64,000 nucleotides of DNA from an uncultured Candidatus Saccharibacteria bacterium (GTDB lineage Bacteria > Patescibacteriota > Minisyncoccia > Phycocordibacterales > DAORIS01): positions 195,712-259,711 of the forward strand of contig CAZXUH010000001.1 in the NCBI GenBank assembly GCA_964644035.1, given 5' to 3'. A program made the translations under genes and the position numbers. The notes beneath the pieces are model-generated. The model was not told where the DNA came from. It searched no databases and saw only the letters and a list, made by a program, of their open reading frames with translations. Positions 35,628-46,532 of this stretch are shown one piece after another; positions within the stretch are counted from its first letter, which is position 1; each line of letters begins with the position of its first letter.

Positions 35628-37025
35628 ATGCAAGACATTATCCCCAAAGACAAGAGAACAATACGCAACATTCCCCTCGAAAAAAGGCCTCTTCGACCCG
35701 CAAGTCAGTATCAACCTCCTCATCAGTCACAAGACGTATACCGACCAGAACGCGCTATTCCTGTACCTATTCACACACAGCGTACAGAACCCAAGCTCCC
35801 AGCTTCTAGTACACCCGAAAGGACAAGTACTGAATATAAGTTTGACGATGCAGAAGACGGAGAATTCATTCACACCGAAGAAAGAGGGGTAAAAGTACAC
35901 CGCAAAGCAACCAAAATCCTTTTTGGTACCGCTCTTGTGCTCGCTATACTCATAGCAGTGGGTGGCTATGCGCTTTTCTATAGCAAAGCCGAAGTAACTA
36001 TTGTTCCCAAGACTCAGCCCATTAGTGCAAATACTAATGTTGATATTTCTTCTGGCGTTTCAGCGTCTACTTCACTCAATTTCCAGGTACTGACACTTTC
36101 TGATCAGGAAGAAATCACCGTACCAGCCAATGGCGAAGAAAAAGTAGACGTAAAAGCAAAGGGGACTATTACTATTTCCAATGATTATTCAGAAGCACCA
36201 CAAAAACTTATTGCCAATACACGTTTTGAATCAAAAGAAGGCAAGATATATAGAATAGCCGAGGCAGTGACTGTCCCAGGTCAGAAGCGTGTCTCAGGCA
36301 AACTTGTCCCTGGCACTATCGATGTTGCAGTGACTGCCGATGGCACAGGCCAGTCATACAATACAGCTGGTACGAGCTTTACTATTCCAGGTTTTAAGGG
36401 TGACCCACGATATGCCAAGTTTAGCGCCAAGGTAAAAACCAATATTGCCGGCGGATTTTCTGGTACTCGCAAGAAGGTTGCTGAAGCCGATGTAAAGGCA
36501 AAGACCGATGAAGCAGTGGCACGACTCAAATCAAGACTCGCAGACAATGCAAAGCAGCAGGCGAGTGGTACCGCTGTTTTGATCGCAACATATTTTGAAA
36601 ATAAAGAACCAGTTCAGAAACAATCTGATACTTCTGTTACATTTACACAAAGCGTCGAAGCGCATTCTATTGTTATCGACAAAGAAGCACTTTCAAATCT
36701 CCTTGTCGAACAGTCGGGAATAGCAACCGGTGACAATAAGCTCTATATAAATAAGTTTTCTGACCTAACGTTTGAACTCGTAAAAGCTCCTGATAAGCCA
36801 TGGCTAGCTTCAGAGCTCAATTTCACCATCAAAGGCAAGGCTGACGTAATTTGGTATTACAATCCTGAAAAACTCAAGGAAGATTTGGCTGGAACATCGA
36901 AAAAAGACTTGACCCTCGTACTCTCAAAATATGATGGTGTTCAGGAGGCCGAAGCGATCGTTAGACCCTTCTGGAAGACCTCATTTCCTACCAACGTAAG
37001 ACAAATAACGGTTACAGAGAACTAA
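35628..37025 (+). CDS. Membrane protein: disordered P/Q-rich N-terminus, single TM, large extracytoplasmic domain
   Basis: TM ILFGTALVLAILIAVGGYALFY; no catalytic motifs. Confidence 0.45.
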   Translation: MQDIIPKDKRTIRNIPLEKRPLRPASQYQPPHQSQDVYRPERAIPVPIHTQRTEPKLPASSTPERTSTEYKFDDAEDGEFIHTEERGVKVHRKATKILFGTALVLAILIAVGGYALFYSKAEVTIVPKTQPISANTNVDISSGVSASTSLNFQVLTLSDQEEITVPANGEEKVDVKAKGTITISNDYSEAPQKLIANTRFESKEGKIYRIAEAVTVPGQKRVSGKLVPGTIDVAVTADGTGQSYNTAGTSFTIPGFKGDPRYAKFSAKVKTNIAGGFSGTRKKVAEADVKAKTDEAVARLKSRLADNAKQQASGTAVLIATYFENKEPVQKQSDTSVTFTQSVEAHSIVIDKEALSNLLVEQSGIATGDNKLYINKFSDLTFELVKAPDKPWLASELNFTIKGKADVIWYYNPEKLKEDLAGTSKKDLTLVLSKYDGVQEAEAIVRPFWKTSFPTNVRQITVTEN

Positions 37026-37078
37026 TATTTGACTAATGACCTCCTTTTCTGCTACTATATGGCGCACTGCTTAAGGTA

Positions 37079-37303
37079 ATGGATACACCGAACAAAGATA
37101 CAGAGGTTTTAGGCGTTGTCACCGAAGCTTTACCAAACACGTTGTTTCGTGTAGAGATAGATGAGGGCGAAGCCAAAAAAATAATACTCGCGTATCTTGC
37201 AGGCAAAATGCGGCTCAATCGCATTAGAGTCCTCGTCGGAGACAAAGTATCTATTCAGTTGGATCCCTATGGCGGAAAAGGCCGGATCACTCGCAGAATG
37301 TAA
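37079..37303 (+). CDS. infA: Translation initiation factor IF-1
   Basis: S1-like OB fold [29 protein letters not shown]. Confidence 0.9.
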   Translation: MDTPNKDTEVLGVVTEALPNTLFRVEIDEGEAKKIILAYLAGKMRLNRIRVLVGDKVSIQLDPYGGKGRITRRM

Positions 37304-37307
37304 ACAC

Positions 37308-37424
37308 ATGAAAGTCAAAGCATCAGTCAAAAAAATATGTGACAAATGCAAAGTCGTGCGACGACGCGGCGTTGTGTATATTATTTGCAGCGGCAATCCG
37401 CGTCATAAACAGCGTCAAGGTTAA
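37308..37424 (+). CDS. rpmJ: 50S ribosomal protein L36
   Basis: [38 protein letters not shown]. Confidence 0.85.
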   Translation: MKVKASVKKICDKCKVVRRRGVVYIICSGNPRHKQRQG

Positions 37425-37445
37425 TTATTTTATTACAATCAACAC

Positions 37446-37823
37446 ATGAGAATCCTTGGTATTACACTGCCCGACGAGAAACGAATGGAGATCGCGCTAA
37501 CGACCCTCTATGGTATTGGCCGACCTCGCGCAAAGAGCGTGTTGAAAAAGGCAGGGGTGGATTATGGAAAGAAAGCCAAGGATCTCACAGGTGATGAAGA
37601 GAATGCAATTCGAAAGATCATCGAAACTTTTAAAATTGAAGGAGATCTCAAGAGAGAGATTGGTGGCAATATCAAGCGCCTCAAGGATATCAAAGCATAT
37701 AGAGGAGTACGTCATATGCGCCGACTTCCTGCTCGCGGCCAGCGAACAAAGACCAATGCTCGCACGCTCAAGGGTGTAAAGAAGACGATGGGAAGCGGAC
37801 GACGTAAGGAAGAAAAGAAATAA
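37446..37823 (+). CDS. rpsM: 30S ribosomal protein S13
   Basis: MRILGITLPDEKRMEIALTTLYGIG. Confidence 0.93.
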   Translation: MRILGITLPDEKRMEIALTTLYGIGRPRAKSVLKKAGVDYGKKAKDLTGDEENAIRKIIETFKIEGDLKREIGGNIKRLKDIKAYRGVRHMRRLPARGQRTKTNARTLKGVKKTMGSGRRKEEKK

Positions 37824-37831
37824 TCACTACC

Positions 37832-38275
37832 ATGGGTAAACGAACTATCAAAAAACCTGAGACCGATGTAAAAGAGCCTGCAGCAGAAGGAGCTGTTAAG
37901 GCTGCTCCTGCAAAGAGCAAGAAAAAGACTATGGACGCTGGTACTCTCTATGTCCAGTCTACATATAACAACACTAAGGCTCTTCTTGCTGATAAGAAGG
38001 GCAATGCTATTGCAGCTTCATCGGCTGGAACACTTGGTTTCCGAGGTGCTAAGAAAGGTACACCTTTTGCAGCAGCCAAAGTTGGTGAAATCCTCGGTGA
38101 CAAGGCTGTGGAGCTTGGTGTAAAGGAGATCGATGTTGTCGTTTCAGGCGTTGGCTCAGGTCGAGAATCAACAATCCGCGGTTTTATAAGCCGAGGTATC
38201 AATCTCACTCAGATCAAGGACGTCACACCAGTTCCTCACAATGGTCCAAAGGCTAAGAAGCCTCGCCGCGTATAG
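37832..38275 (+). CDS. rpsK: 30S ribosomal protein S11
   Basis: ..TLYVQSTYNNTKALLADKKGNAIAASSAG.. Confidence 0.93.
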   Translation: MGKRTIKKPETDVKEPAAEGAVKAAPAKSKKKTMDAGTLYVQSTYNNTKALLADKKGNAIAASSAGTLGFRGAKKGTPFAAAKVGEILGDKAVELGVKEIDVVVSGVGSGRESTIRGFISRGINLTQIKDVTPVPHNGPKAKKPRRV

Positions 38276-38287
38276 TTTCAATATTTT

Positions 38288-38887
38288 ATGATCATCAAAT
38301 CAAAATACAAAATCGCTCGTCGTCTCAATGCTCCGGTATTTGAAAAGACACAGACACAGAAGTATGCCCTTAGAGAAGGTCGCCGTGAAAAGCGAAATTT
38401 TTCTCGAAGTGACTACGGAATTCAGCTCGTTGAAAAGCAGAAAGTGCGTTACACCTACTGCCTCACTGCGAAGCAATTTGCAAAATATGTAAAAGCGGTC
38501 CTCGGCAAGCGTGGTATCAACCAGCAGGAAGTACTTTTTAGCTCTCTTGAAAAGCGTCTCGACAATGCAGTCTATCGCGCAGGCTTTGCTCCAACACGAT
38601 TGGCATCACGACAGATGGTTTCTCACGGTCACATCACCGTCAATGGAAAAAAGCTCTCAATTCCTTCATATCAGACCGTAAAAGGGGATGTTATCGGCAT
38701 CAGAGTCGGTAGCCAGAAAGCTGTGACCTTCAAGGATCTTGAGGAAAAGCTCAAAACATTGGTTGCGCCATCATGGATAGCAGTCGATGCTGAGAAAAAG
38801 ACCATAACGGTACAGGGAGAACCTAAGCTCGAACAGGCAACGCTTTTATTCAATCTTGCGCCTGTGCTTGAGTTCTACAGCCGTTAA
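38288..38887 (+). CDS. rpsD: 30S ribosomal protein S4
   Basis: ..NAVYRAGFAPTRLASRQMVSHGHITVNGKK.. Confidence 0.93.
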   Translation: MIIKSKYKIARRLNAPVFEKTQTQKYALREGRREKRNFSRSDYGIQLVEKQKVRYTYCLTAKQFAKYVKAVLGKRGINQQEVLFSSLEKRLDNAVYRAGFAPTRLASRQMVSHGHITVNGKKLSIPSYQTVKGDVIGIRVGSQKAVTFKDLEEKLKTLVAPSWIAVDAEKKTITVQGEPKLEQATLLFNLAPVLEFYSR

Positions 38888-38957
38888 CAGAGGGGTGGAC
38901 TTGCGGTTTATTAAAAAATAATGTATATTTTTACGACCTATTAATTTTTTTGCGCAT

Positions 38958-39923
38958 ATGCTTGACTCACATATTGTTTTGCCTTCGAAGCCAAAGATCA
39001 TCAAAGAGGAGGGTTGGAGCGGAACCTTCGAAATTGACGGTCTTTACCCTGGATATGGACATACCTTGGGTAATTCGCTGCGCCGCATCATTCTCTCATC
39101 TATCCCTGGAGCTGCCATTACAGCAGTCAAAATCAAGGGTGTAGAACATGAGTTTTCTACTATTTCAGGTGTAAAGGAAGACGTTATTACGATTCTTCTC
39201 AATCTCAAGAAGGTTCGCATTCAGCTTCTCAGCGCTGAACCTCAGACAATGAATCTTAAGATCAAGGGTGCCAAGGAAATCACTGCAGCAGATATCGATG
39301 CTCCAGGTCAGGTCAAAATTCTTACACCGGAAGCAGTTATTGCCACAACTACAGACAAGTCATCTGATCTTGATATCGAAATCGTCGTAGAACATGGTCT
39401 TGGTTATGTTCCAAAGGAAATCCATCAGAAAAACAAAGTTGATATCGGTTCGATTGCTCTCGATGCAATCTTTACTCCTATCCGCCGCGCTTCATATGAA
39501 GTAGAAAACATGCGCGTAGGTGATCGAACAGACTTCAACCGCCTCCGACTCTTTATCGAAACAGACGGTACACTCACTCCAAAAGAAGCTCTTGAAAAGT
39601 CTATTCAGACAATGATTTCTCAGCTCAAAGCAATTGTTGGTTTCAAGGAAAGCGATGAAGAAATGTCTTCAGTCAATGACATGGAAGAAGGTCATGAGAC
39701 AAAAAACAAGAAAGAAATCGATCCTGAATCTCTCAAGACTCGTATCGAATCGATCGGTCTCTCAGCCCGCACTATGAATGCTCTTATGGCAGGCAATATC
39801 CGCACGGTTGGCGGCCTCTCACGAAAGAAAGAAGAAGATCTTCTTGAAATCGAAGGTCTTGGTGCAAAGGGTATAAAAGAAATTAAAGACGCTCTCGAAC
39901 AGCTCGGCATTTTCCTTAAGTAA
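38958..39923 (+). CDS. rpoA: DNA-directed RNA polymerase subunit alpha
   Basis: ..GYGHTLGNSLRRIILSSIPGAAITAVKI.. and C-terminal domain. Confidence 0.93.
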   Translation: MLDSHIVLPSKPKIIKEEGWSGTFEIDGLYPGYGHTLGNSLRRIILSSIPGAAITAVKIKGVEHEFSTISGVKEDVITILLNLKKVRIQLLSAEPQTMNLKIKGAKEITAADIDAPGQVKILTPEAVIATTTDKSSDLDIEIVVEHGLGYVPKEIHQKNKVDIGSIALDAIFTPIRRASYEVENMRVGDRTDFNRLRLFIETDGTLTPKEALEKSIQTMISQLKAIVGFKESDEEMSSVNDMEEGHETKNKKEIDPESLKTRIESIGLSARTMNALMAGNIRTVGGLSRKKEEDLLEIEGLGAKGIKEIKDALEQLGIFLK

Positions 39924-39927
39924 TACA

Positions 39928-40278
39928 ATGAGACACAGCAAAAACAAAAGAAGCTTTGGTAGAAAGATGGCTCAGCGCGACGCTCTGATCGCTTCTTTGG
40001 CTCGCTCACTCGTTCTTCATGAACAGATTGAAACGACACTTATGAAAGCAAAGGAACTCCGACCTTTCGTAGAAAGACTTATTACAAAAGGCAAGGTCAA
40101 GTCTGTCGCAACGATGCGCCATGTCCGCGAAAGTCTCAATTCTGAAACAGGTGCAAAGAAAATCCTCGATACACTTGGTCCAAAATACGCAACTCGCAAC
40201 GGTGGCTACACGCGCATCATCAAGTCGGGACGACGCGTTTCAGACGGAGCAGAAAAGGCCATCATCGAATTCGTATAA
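39928..40278 (+). CDS. rplQ: 50S ribosomal protein L17
   Basis: MRHSKNKRSFGRKMAQRDALIASLARSL. Confidence 0.93.
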   Translation: MRHSKNKRSFGRKMAQRDALIASLARSLVLHEQIETTLMKAKELRPFVERLITKGKVKSVATMRHVRESLNSETGAKKILDTLGPKYATRNGGYTRIIKSGRRVSDGAEKAIIEFV

Positions 40279-40282
40279 ATAT

Positions 40283-40627
40283 ATGAAACATACTATAGAC
40301 GCACAGGATAAAAAGATGGGTAGGGTAGCGAGCGAAGCTGCCAAGATCTTGATGGGCAAAAACAAAACTGATTTTGCGCGCAATACAACTACAGACGATA
40401 CTGTTGAAGTCATCAATGCTTCAAAACTCGATATTTCTGAAAAGAAACTTGCTGCTCCAGCATTCAAATACTTCTCAGGTTTTGCAGGAGGACTCCGTGA
40501 GGAAGCACTCGGCAATGCAATCACTAAGAAGGGTATGCCTGAAGTACTTCGCAAGGTAGTTTTGGGAATGCTTCCTAAGAACAAGCTCCGAAGCCGCATT
40601 ATCAAGCAGCTCAAAGTCACCGAATAA
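40283..40627 (+). CDS. rplM: 50S ribosomal protein L13
   Basis: ATG at 40283 (MKHTIDAQDKKMGRVASEAAKILMGKNK..); longer ORF-track start rejected. Confidence 0.9.
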   Translation: MKHTIDAQDKKMGRVASEAAKILMGKNKTDFARNTTTDDTVEVINASKLDISEKKLAAPAFKYFSGFAGGLREEALGNAITKKGMPEVLRKVVLGMLPKNKLRSRIIKQLKVTE

Positions 40628-40631
40628 TTTT

Positions 40632-41033
40632 ATGTCAGAAACCAGCAAATACATTGAAGCAGTAGGTCGCCGAAAAACCGCATCAGCACGCGTTCGTTTG
40701 ACTGAAGCATCTAAACAGTCAGTGATCGTCAACGACAAAGAACTCGCTGATTATTTCCCATTGATCAATCTCCAGAGAACAGCTCTTGCAAGCCTTACAC
40801 ACGCTGCAATGCCTCATAAGTTCAAGATTACGGTCAAAGTAGCAGGTGGTGGTATTTCTTCTCAGGCAGAAGCTATTAGACTCGGTATCAGCCGCGCTAT
40901 TATCGATATCGACGGTCAGCTTCGTACTAAACTCAAGACAGAAGGCTTCCTCAAGCGAGATCCACGAGCTAAAGAGCGCCGAAAGTTCGGTCTCAAAAAG
41001 GCTCGCAAAGCTCCCCAGTGGAGTAAGCGTTAG
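40632..41033 (+). CDS. rpsI: 30S ribosomal protein S9
   Basis: ..AVGRRKTASARVRL.. ..RDPRAKERRKFGLKKARKAPQWSKR. Confidence 0.93.
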   Translation: MSETSKYIEAVGRRKTASARVRLTEASKQSVIVNDKELADYFPLINLQRTALASLTHAAMPHKFKITVKVAGGGISSQAEAIRLGISRAIIDIDGQLRTKLKTEGFLKRDPRAKERRKFGLKKARKAPQWSKR

Positions 41034-41090
41034 CTTACGTCTCGTCCCGCAAATTTTTTGCGGGATCAAAGCGTTAGATCTACTTACAGA

Positions 41091-41116
41091 AACTACCCGA
41101 AAGGGTGGTTTTTGTT
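41091..41116 (+). terminator. Rho-independent terminator ending the ribosomal-protein block
   Basis: CTACCC-GAAA-GGGTGG plus TTTTTGTTT; a further hairpin TCCCGCAAA/TTTGCGGGA at 41045-41066. Confidence 0.5.
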
Positions 41117-41174
41117 TGACAGTCTTTGATACTAAAGTAGTATGAATCGCAGAAACTTTACATAGGAGGCGACT

Positions 41175-41531
41175 ATGGATATAAAGATTCATATCTGGAA
41201 AAGACAGACTAGTGGAAGAATCTCAGACCGAATCAAATTTAAATGTCCTCACTGTCAGTTAGTCATACTACCGACACCAAGATTTTTCATAATGATGAAT
41301 GTTCATGGGTTCGCATATCTTCCAAGTAAGGGCAAAGGGAAATGTCAGGGTTGTACAAAAGAAGTTGATTTACCTCCTTTTTTTGAAAACATGGGAGAGT
41401 TGCTTCGCTTCAAGGGTCGTGTTCAGGATATTATGAGACGTGAGAGGGATGCATCTTCGATTGTACTCTTGGATCCTGCACAGGCTTGCAACGTGCCCCC
41501 TAAACTTGCGATTCCATCTTTTTTCAACTGA
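41175..41531 (+). CDS. Small zinc-ribbon protein (CPHC...CQGC), unknown function
   Basis: SD GGAGG; two CxxC pairs; own strong terminator. Confidence 0.45.
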   Translation: MDIKIHIWKRQTSGRISDRIKFKCPHCQLVILPTPRFFIMMNVHGFAYLPSKGKGKCQGCTKEVDLPPFFENMGELLRFKGRVQDIMRRERDASSIVLLDPAQACNVPPKLAIPSFFN

Positions 41532-41536
41532 TTTAC

Positions 41537-41568
41537 ACCCCCGAAGTTTCGGGGGTCTTTTTTTATTT
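41537..41568 (+). terminator. Rho-independent terminator (CCCCCG/CGGGGG plus T9)
   Basis: ACCCCCGAAGTTTCGGGGGTCTTTTTTTAT. Confidence 0.6.
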
Positions 41569-41605
41569 TAAATTACTTTTGCAACTTGAAAAAAGTTGAT
41601 GTAAT

Positions 41606-42169
41606 ATGTACACCTCTATGGATGAAAATGAACAGGATGTTTCCCTCGAAGCCGAGGAAGAAATCGTCGACGAAGGCTCTCTCAAAGACAAGATAAAAGC
41701 CCTCCGCACCAAACTCAAAGAAACTGAGGAAGAGAAGCAGCGTTACCTAAATAACTGGCAAAGAGCTCAGGCTGACTTTATCAATATCCGCAAACGAGAC
41801 GAAGAAGCCAAAAAAGATTTTGTAAAATTTGCCAGCGAAGCGCTAGTCTCAGAACTTCTACCTGTCGCAGATAGTTTCAATATGGCTTTTGCCAATAAAG
41901 ATGCGTGGGAAAAGGTAGACAAAAACTGGCGATCGGGTGTCGAATACATCTATTCGCAACTCATGAATGTGCTCAAAGAAAGGGGATTAACAGAATTTGA
42001 TCCTCTAGGCGAGGTATTTGATGCTTCAAAACACGAAGCCCTTGGAACAATAGCTGCTGATACAAAAGAAAATGATCACAAAGTACTTGAAGTCATTCAA
42101 AAGGGATACATGCTTCATGATAAGGTAGTCCGACCAGCCAAAGTAAAGGTTGGCGACTTCAATGAATAG
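41606..42169 (+). CDS. grpE: Nucleotide exchange factor GrpE
   Basis: Coiled-coil N-terminus, ..LLPVADSFNMAF.. and C-terminal beta domain ..VIQKGYMLHDKVVRPAKVKV. Confidence 0.85.
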   Translation: MYTSMDENEQDVSLEAEEEIVDEGSLKDKIKALRTKLKETEEEKQRYLNNWQRAQADFINIRKRDEEAKKDFVKFASEALVSELLPVADSFNMAFANKDAWEKVDKNWRSGVEYIYSQLMNVLKERGLTEFDPLGEVFDASKHEALGTIAADTKENDHKVLEVIQKGYMLHDKVVRPAKVKVGDFNE

Positions 42170-42572
42170 TATTTGGGAATAGTATTTGAAATATTTTTCA
42201 AATTAGGTTGTAATATACATATACGATGCTTCAGGTTTATACAAACAGAAAAATTCATTTCAAAACCGTCGAGACAGCAACAGCGACACTTGTGGTTGCT
42301 GTGCTTGTTGAAACCTATGGCAATGAAACTCGCGTTTCTGAACCTAAGATAATTAAGGTTATAAATAAAAACCAGCTAAAATTAGCTGGAAATGTTAGTT
42401 CGATTCCTAGATTGGTAGCAGCACAGAACAAATCATCTATTAAGAGACCTGTTGTTTCTCCTTTTCAATATCTTTTTTCAAATAAACATTCAAATAATGT
42501 AACTTGGTTATTTGCACGTCCACCAACAAAATAGATTAGCTTGTTTTATTAACACGTTAATCTATTTAATTT

Positions 42573-44471
42573 ATGTCAAAAGTAATCGGTATCGACCTCG
42601 GTACTACAAACTCAGCGGTGGCGGTCATGGAAGTCGGCGAACCAAAAATCATTGAGAACGCAGAAGGCGTTCGCACTACTCCCTCAATCGTCGCCCAATC
42701 AAAAACCGGAGAGCGTCTTGTTGGTCTTCTTGCTAAGCGTCAGGCTGTCACCAATCCAAAAAACACTGTCTTTCAGGTAAAGCGCTTTATTGGTCACAAC
42801 TTCGATGAATCACTTGTACAGAAAGACCTAGCCTCAGTGCCCTTTGAGAGCCGCAAAGCGGCCAATGGCGGCATAGAAGTCAAAATGGGCGACAAATGGT
42901 ACAGACCAGAGGAAAGCTCGGCGATGATCCTCCAGAAGCTCAAGGCCGATGCAGAAACGCGTCTTGGTGAGAAGATCACCGAGGCGGTTATCACTGTCCC
43001 TGCATACTTCAATGACTCACAACGTCAGGCCACAAAAGATGCCGGAAAGATCGCTGGACTCGATGTCTTGCGTATCATCAATGAACCGACGGCAGCCGCG
43101 CTTGCATATGGCTTCAATAAAAAGAAAGATGAAAAGATCGTTGTCTTCGACTTCGGTGGAGGTACATTTGATATCTCTGTGCTCGAAGTCGGTGATGATG
43201 TCGTCGAAGTAAAATCTACAGATGGAGATGCTCACCTTGGAGGCAAAGATATAGACCAGAAAATTATCAACTGGCTTGCTGATGCTTTCAAAAAAGAAAA
43301 CGGTATCGATCTCATGAAGGATGCGCTTGCAGTGCAGCGACTCGACGAAGCTGCAGAAAAAGCAAAGATCGAGCTCTCAACAGCAGTTTCTACAGAAATC
43401 AATATTCCATTTATCACCTCCGGTGCTGAAGGTCCAAAACACCTTTTGATCACCATGACTCGCGCTAAGCTCGAAGAACTCACTCAAGAATTCCTCGATC
43501 GAGCAATGGAAATCACTAAACGAGCAATGAATGCATCGCCGTTTAAGATCAATGAAATTCAGGAAGTGATTCTTGTCGGCGGACAGACACGTATGCCAGC
43601 AATGCAAAAGGCCGTCAAAGATTTCTTCAATAAAGAGCCAAATATGAGCGTAAACCCTGACGAAGTCGTAGCGCTCGGTGCTGCTATTCAGGGAGGTATT
43701 CTCAAAGGCGATGTCAAAGATGTCCTTCTTCTCGATGTTATACCGCTCTCACTTGGTATTGAAACCATGGGAGGTGTCGCGACAAAGCTTATTGAAAAGA
43801 ATATGACCATTCCAGCATCGAAGAGTCAGATCTTTTCAACAGCTGCGGACAATCAAACGTCGGTAGAAATACATGTCGTCCAAGGTGAACGCGCAATGGC
43901 CAATGACAACAAATCTCTTGGCCGATTTATCCTCGATGGTATTCCACCATCACCACGCGGTCTCCCTCAGGTAGAAGTAACATTTGATGTCGACGCCAAC
44001 GGTATCCTCAATGTTAAAGCAAAAGAAAAGACTACCAATAAAGAGCAATCTATTACGATTCAGGGTAGCTCGGGTCTTTCAAAAGCTGATATAGAAAAGA
44101 TGCAGAAAGATGCTGAAGCGCATGCCAGTGAAGACCAAGCTAAGCGCGATGCTGCTGAAGCTAAAAATCTTGCTGAACAACTCATCTACACATCTGAGAA
44201 AGCACTAAAGGATGCTACTGAGAAAGTGCCTGCCGATGTAAAAGCTGGAGTAGAAGCAAAAATTGCCGATCTTAAAAAAGTAAAAGATGGCAATGATGTT
44301 GCTCCGATCAGAGCAGCAACAGAAGCACTCTCAAATGAGATTCAGAAGATCGGTCAGTATATGAGTCAGAATCCAATGGGTGATGCAGCAAATCCAGCCG
44401 CCAATTCTGCTGACGCTTCGGCAAATCAAGGAGGTGAGGAGGGAAATGTAAGAGATACAGAGGCTAAATAA
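42573..44471 (+). CDS. dnaK: Chaperone DnaK (Hsp70)
   Basis: [33 protein letters not shown] signatures. Confidence 0.95.
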   Translation: MSKVIGIDLGTTNSAVAVMEVGEPKIIENAEGVRTTPSIVAQSKTGERLVGLLAKRQAVTNPKNTVFQVKRFIGHNFDESLVQKDLASVPFESRKAANGGIEVKMGDKWYRPEESSAMILQKLKADAETRLGEKITEAVITVPAYFNDSQRQATKDAGKIAGLDVLRIINEPTAAALAYGFNKKKDEKIVVFDFGGGTFDISVLEVGDDVVEVKSTDGDAHLGGKDIDQKIINWLADAFKKENGIDLMKDALAVQRLDEAAEKAKIELSTAVSTEINIPFITSGAEGPKHLLITMTRAKLEELTQEFLDRAMEITKRAMNASPFKINEIQEVILVGGQTRMPAMQKAVKDFFNKEPNMSVNPDEVVALGAAIQGGILKGDVKDVLLLDVIPLSLGIETMGGVATKLIEKNMTIPASKSQIFSTAADNQTSVEIHVVQGERAMANDNKSLGRFILDGIPPSPRGLPQVEVTFDVDANGILNVKAKEKTTNKEQSITIQGSSGLSKADIEKMQKDAEAHASEDQAKRDAAEAKNLAEQLIYTSEKALKDATEKVPADVKAGVEAKIADLKKVKDGNDVAPIRAATEALSNEIQKIGQYMSQNPMGDAANPAANSADASANQGGEEGNVRDTEAK

Positions 44472-44472
44472 A

Positions 44473-44512
44473 GCAAACCCCTAGATGTAATAATCTAGGG
44501 GTTTCGGTTTGC
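44473..44512 (+). terminator. Hairpin terminator after dnaK (AAACCCCTAGAT/ATCTAGGGGTTT)
   Basis: 12-bp stem; weak T-run. Confidence 0.5.
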
Positions 44513-44808
44513 TCAGTCATTGCTGACTGCGGACGATCCAAAGTATTGCGATGAAGGCAAACGCCACAGCGCTGCACGTCAGCACAAATCCGTTCTGATG
44601 TCGTTCGATAAACGCCTTCATTCCAGTGGAATGCGTTTCCTCTCCGAGATGGTGTATACGCCGCATAGCGTCTCCATGTAAGAGTAATCGGAACAAAACG
44701 TCTGCTCGATCTGTTATACATTGTATCACTAAATAGGAAAAAGTCAATCAAATCAAGCTATCCGACAGCCAAAAATCAGGTATAATCCATGTAACCTAAA
44801 GAGAAATT

Positions 44809-45888
44809 ATGAAAGATTACTACAAAATCCTCGGGGTGGAGCGCAATGCCAGTCAGGACGATATTAAGAAGGCATTTCGCAAACTCGCACATCAACATCA
44901 TCCAGATAAAAAGGATGGTGACAGTGTGAAGTTCAAAGAAGCCAATGAGGCCTACAGCGTCCTCTCTGACGATAAAAAAAGAAGTCAGTACGATCAATTC
45001 GGCAGCAGTGCCTTTGGCAATGGTGCCGGCTTTGACGCATCTGGTTTTGGTGGTTTTGATTTCTCACAATTCACTCAAGGTGCAAATGGAAACAATATAG
45101 AATTTGATCTTGGCGATATCTTTGGCAGTTTCTTTGGCGGTCAGGGTAGATCGAGAGAGCAGGCACGTCGCGGCCGAGATATATCGATCGATACCGAACT
45201 GACATTTTCAGAATCTATTTTTGGTGTGGAAAGAAAGATCAGTGTCACAAAAACGGGACTCTGCGATCATTGCAAAGGCAATAGGGGCGAACCAGGCAGC
45301 GAAATGAAAACCTGTCATACCTGTCAGGGAAAAGGAAAAATTCACGAGACCAAACGATCGTTTATCGGCGCATTTGCATCGGTGCGTACTTGCGACACTT
45401 GTGCTGGTACCGGCAAAGTTCCAACCAATCCATGCAGAAAGTGTAAGGGAGCAGGAGTAACAAAGGGTCAGGAAGACATGACACTCAAGATTCCAACAGG
45501 GGTTGAAGATGGTGAGACGATGCGTATTGTCGGTGGTGGAGAGGCTATAGCGGGTGGTCAGGCAGGAGATCTGTATATCAAGATACACGTAAAAGCCCAT
45601 AACTTGTTCAGGAAAGAGGGAAATAACCTAGTCGCTGATATACCTATAAAGCTCTCAATGGCGCTCCTCGGGGGCGATTTGCCCCTCAAAACGCTCGATG
45701 GCGACTTAACTGTCACTATTCCAACCGGCGTCAGCCATGGCGAGATTTTGCGTGTTAGAGGCAAGGGTGTTCCGGTGGACAAGCATAAAAGGGGTGACTT
45801 GCTTCTCAGGATCTCCATAGATCTTCCACAGAAGTTGTCCAAAAAAGCAAAAGAGATAGTGGAGCAGTTGAAAGAGGAGGGGGTATAA
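44809..45888 (+). CDS. dnaJ: Chaperone DnaJ
   Basis: J-domain HPD (HQHHPDKK), G/F region, four CxxCxGxG zinc-finger repeats. Confidence 0.93.
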   Translation: MKDYYKILGVERNASQDDIKKAFRKLAHQHHPDKKDGDSVKFKEANEAYSVLSDDKKRSQYDQFGSSAFGNGAGFDASGFGGFDFSQFTQGANGNNIEFDLGDIFGSFFGGQGRSREQARRGRDISIDTELTFSESIFGVERKISVTKTGLCDHCKGNRGEPGSEMKTCHTCQGKGKIHETKRSFIGAFASVRTCDTCAGTGKVPTNPCRKCKGAGVTKGQEDMTLKIPTGVEDGETMRIVGGGEAIAGGQAGDLYIKIHVKAHNLFRKEGNNLVADIPIKLSMALLGGDLPLKTLDGDLTVTIPTGVSHGEILRVRGKGVPVDKHKRGDLLLRISIDLPQKLSKKAKEIVEQLKEEGV

Positions 45889-45903
45889 AATAAAAAATAT
45901 TTA

Positions 45904-46482
45904 ATGCCACAAACAAATTGGTCTGAGTATTACAAATCAATGAAATCAACGCTGCCAAGACCTCTGTTGGTTGAGGCGCTCAAGCACGTCGTCGAGAAGA
46001 ACAAAGCTATCGATATCGGTGGTGGTGCTCTCAATGACACCAAATATCTTCTTGATCAAGGTTTTGATGTCACAGTGATAGATAAAAGTCCTCTTGTAGA
46101 GCAGGAAGCAAAAAATATTCCGAGCGATAGGCTGCATGCTTTTACTACTTCATTTGAAGACTACGATTTTCCAAAGGAACAGTATGACTTAGCGTCGGCC
46201 ATGTATGCTCTGCCATTTACTGCACCAGCACACTTTGATTCAGTTTTTGAAAAAGTAAAAGAATCACTAAAGAAAGGAGGTATATTTTGCGGGCAATTTT
46301 TTGGAGATCGAGATGAGTGGTCAAAAGATCCAAAGATGACCTTTCATACTAAAAAACGAGTTCAAGAATTACTTAAGGATCTAGAGATAATTTCTTTTGT
46401 GGAAGAAGAAAAGGATAGTAAGACAGCTAGAGGAACCATGAAGCACTGGCACGTTTTCCACGTCATCTCTCGCAAAATATAG
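45904..46482 (+). CDS. Class I SAM-dependent methyltransferase (TehB-like)
   Basis: ..KAIDIGGGALNDTKYLLDQGFDVTVIDKS.. motif I/II. Confidence 0.65.
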   Translation: MPQTNWSEYYKSMKSTLPRPLLVEALKHVVEKNKAIDIGGGALNDTKYLLDQGFDVTVIDKSPLVEQEAKNIPSDRLHAFTTSFEDYDFPKEQYDLASAMYALPFTAPAHFDSVFEKVKESLKKGGIFCGQFFGDRDEWSKDPKMTFHTKKRVQELLKDLEIISFVEEEKDSKTARGTMKHWHVFHVISRKI

Positions 46483-46532
46483 TGAGTAATTGTTATTTAT
46501 TTAACGTATACGTCATGTATAATGTTTAGACT

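Noticed and set aside
42226-42534. 102-aa ORF between grpE and dnaK
   Set aside because: It is AT-rich and low-complexity, has no RBS, and overlaps the dnaK upstream inverted repeat. It is more likely a non-coding regulatory spacer.
41606-44471. CIRCE/HrcA operator near grpE and dnaK
   Set aside because: I searched by eye for TTAGCACTC-N9-GAGTGCTAA and near variants upstream of grpE and dnaK and found none. Only the unrelated 10-bp inverted repeat at 42525-42563 is present.
44464-44751. Minus-strand ORFs (76 and 95 aa, TTG starts) between the dnaK terminator and dnaJ
   Set aside because: Only non-ATG starts are available and two overlapping frames are equally plausible. Kept as unresolved. 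The region is GC-richer by eye and could hold a small membrane protein (C-terminal LTCSAVAFAFIAILWIV) or an sRNA.
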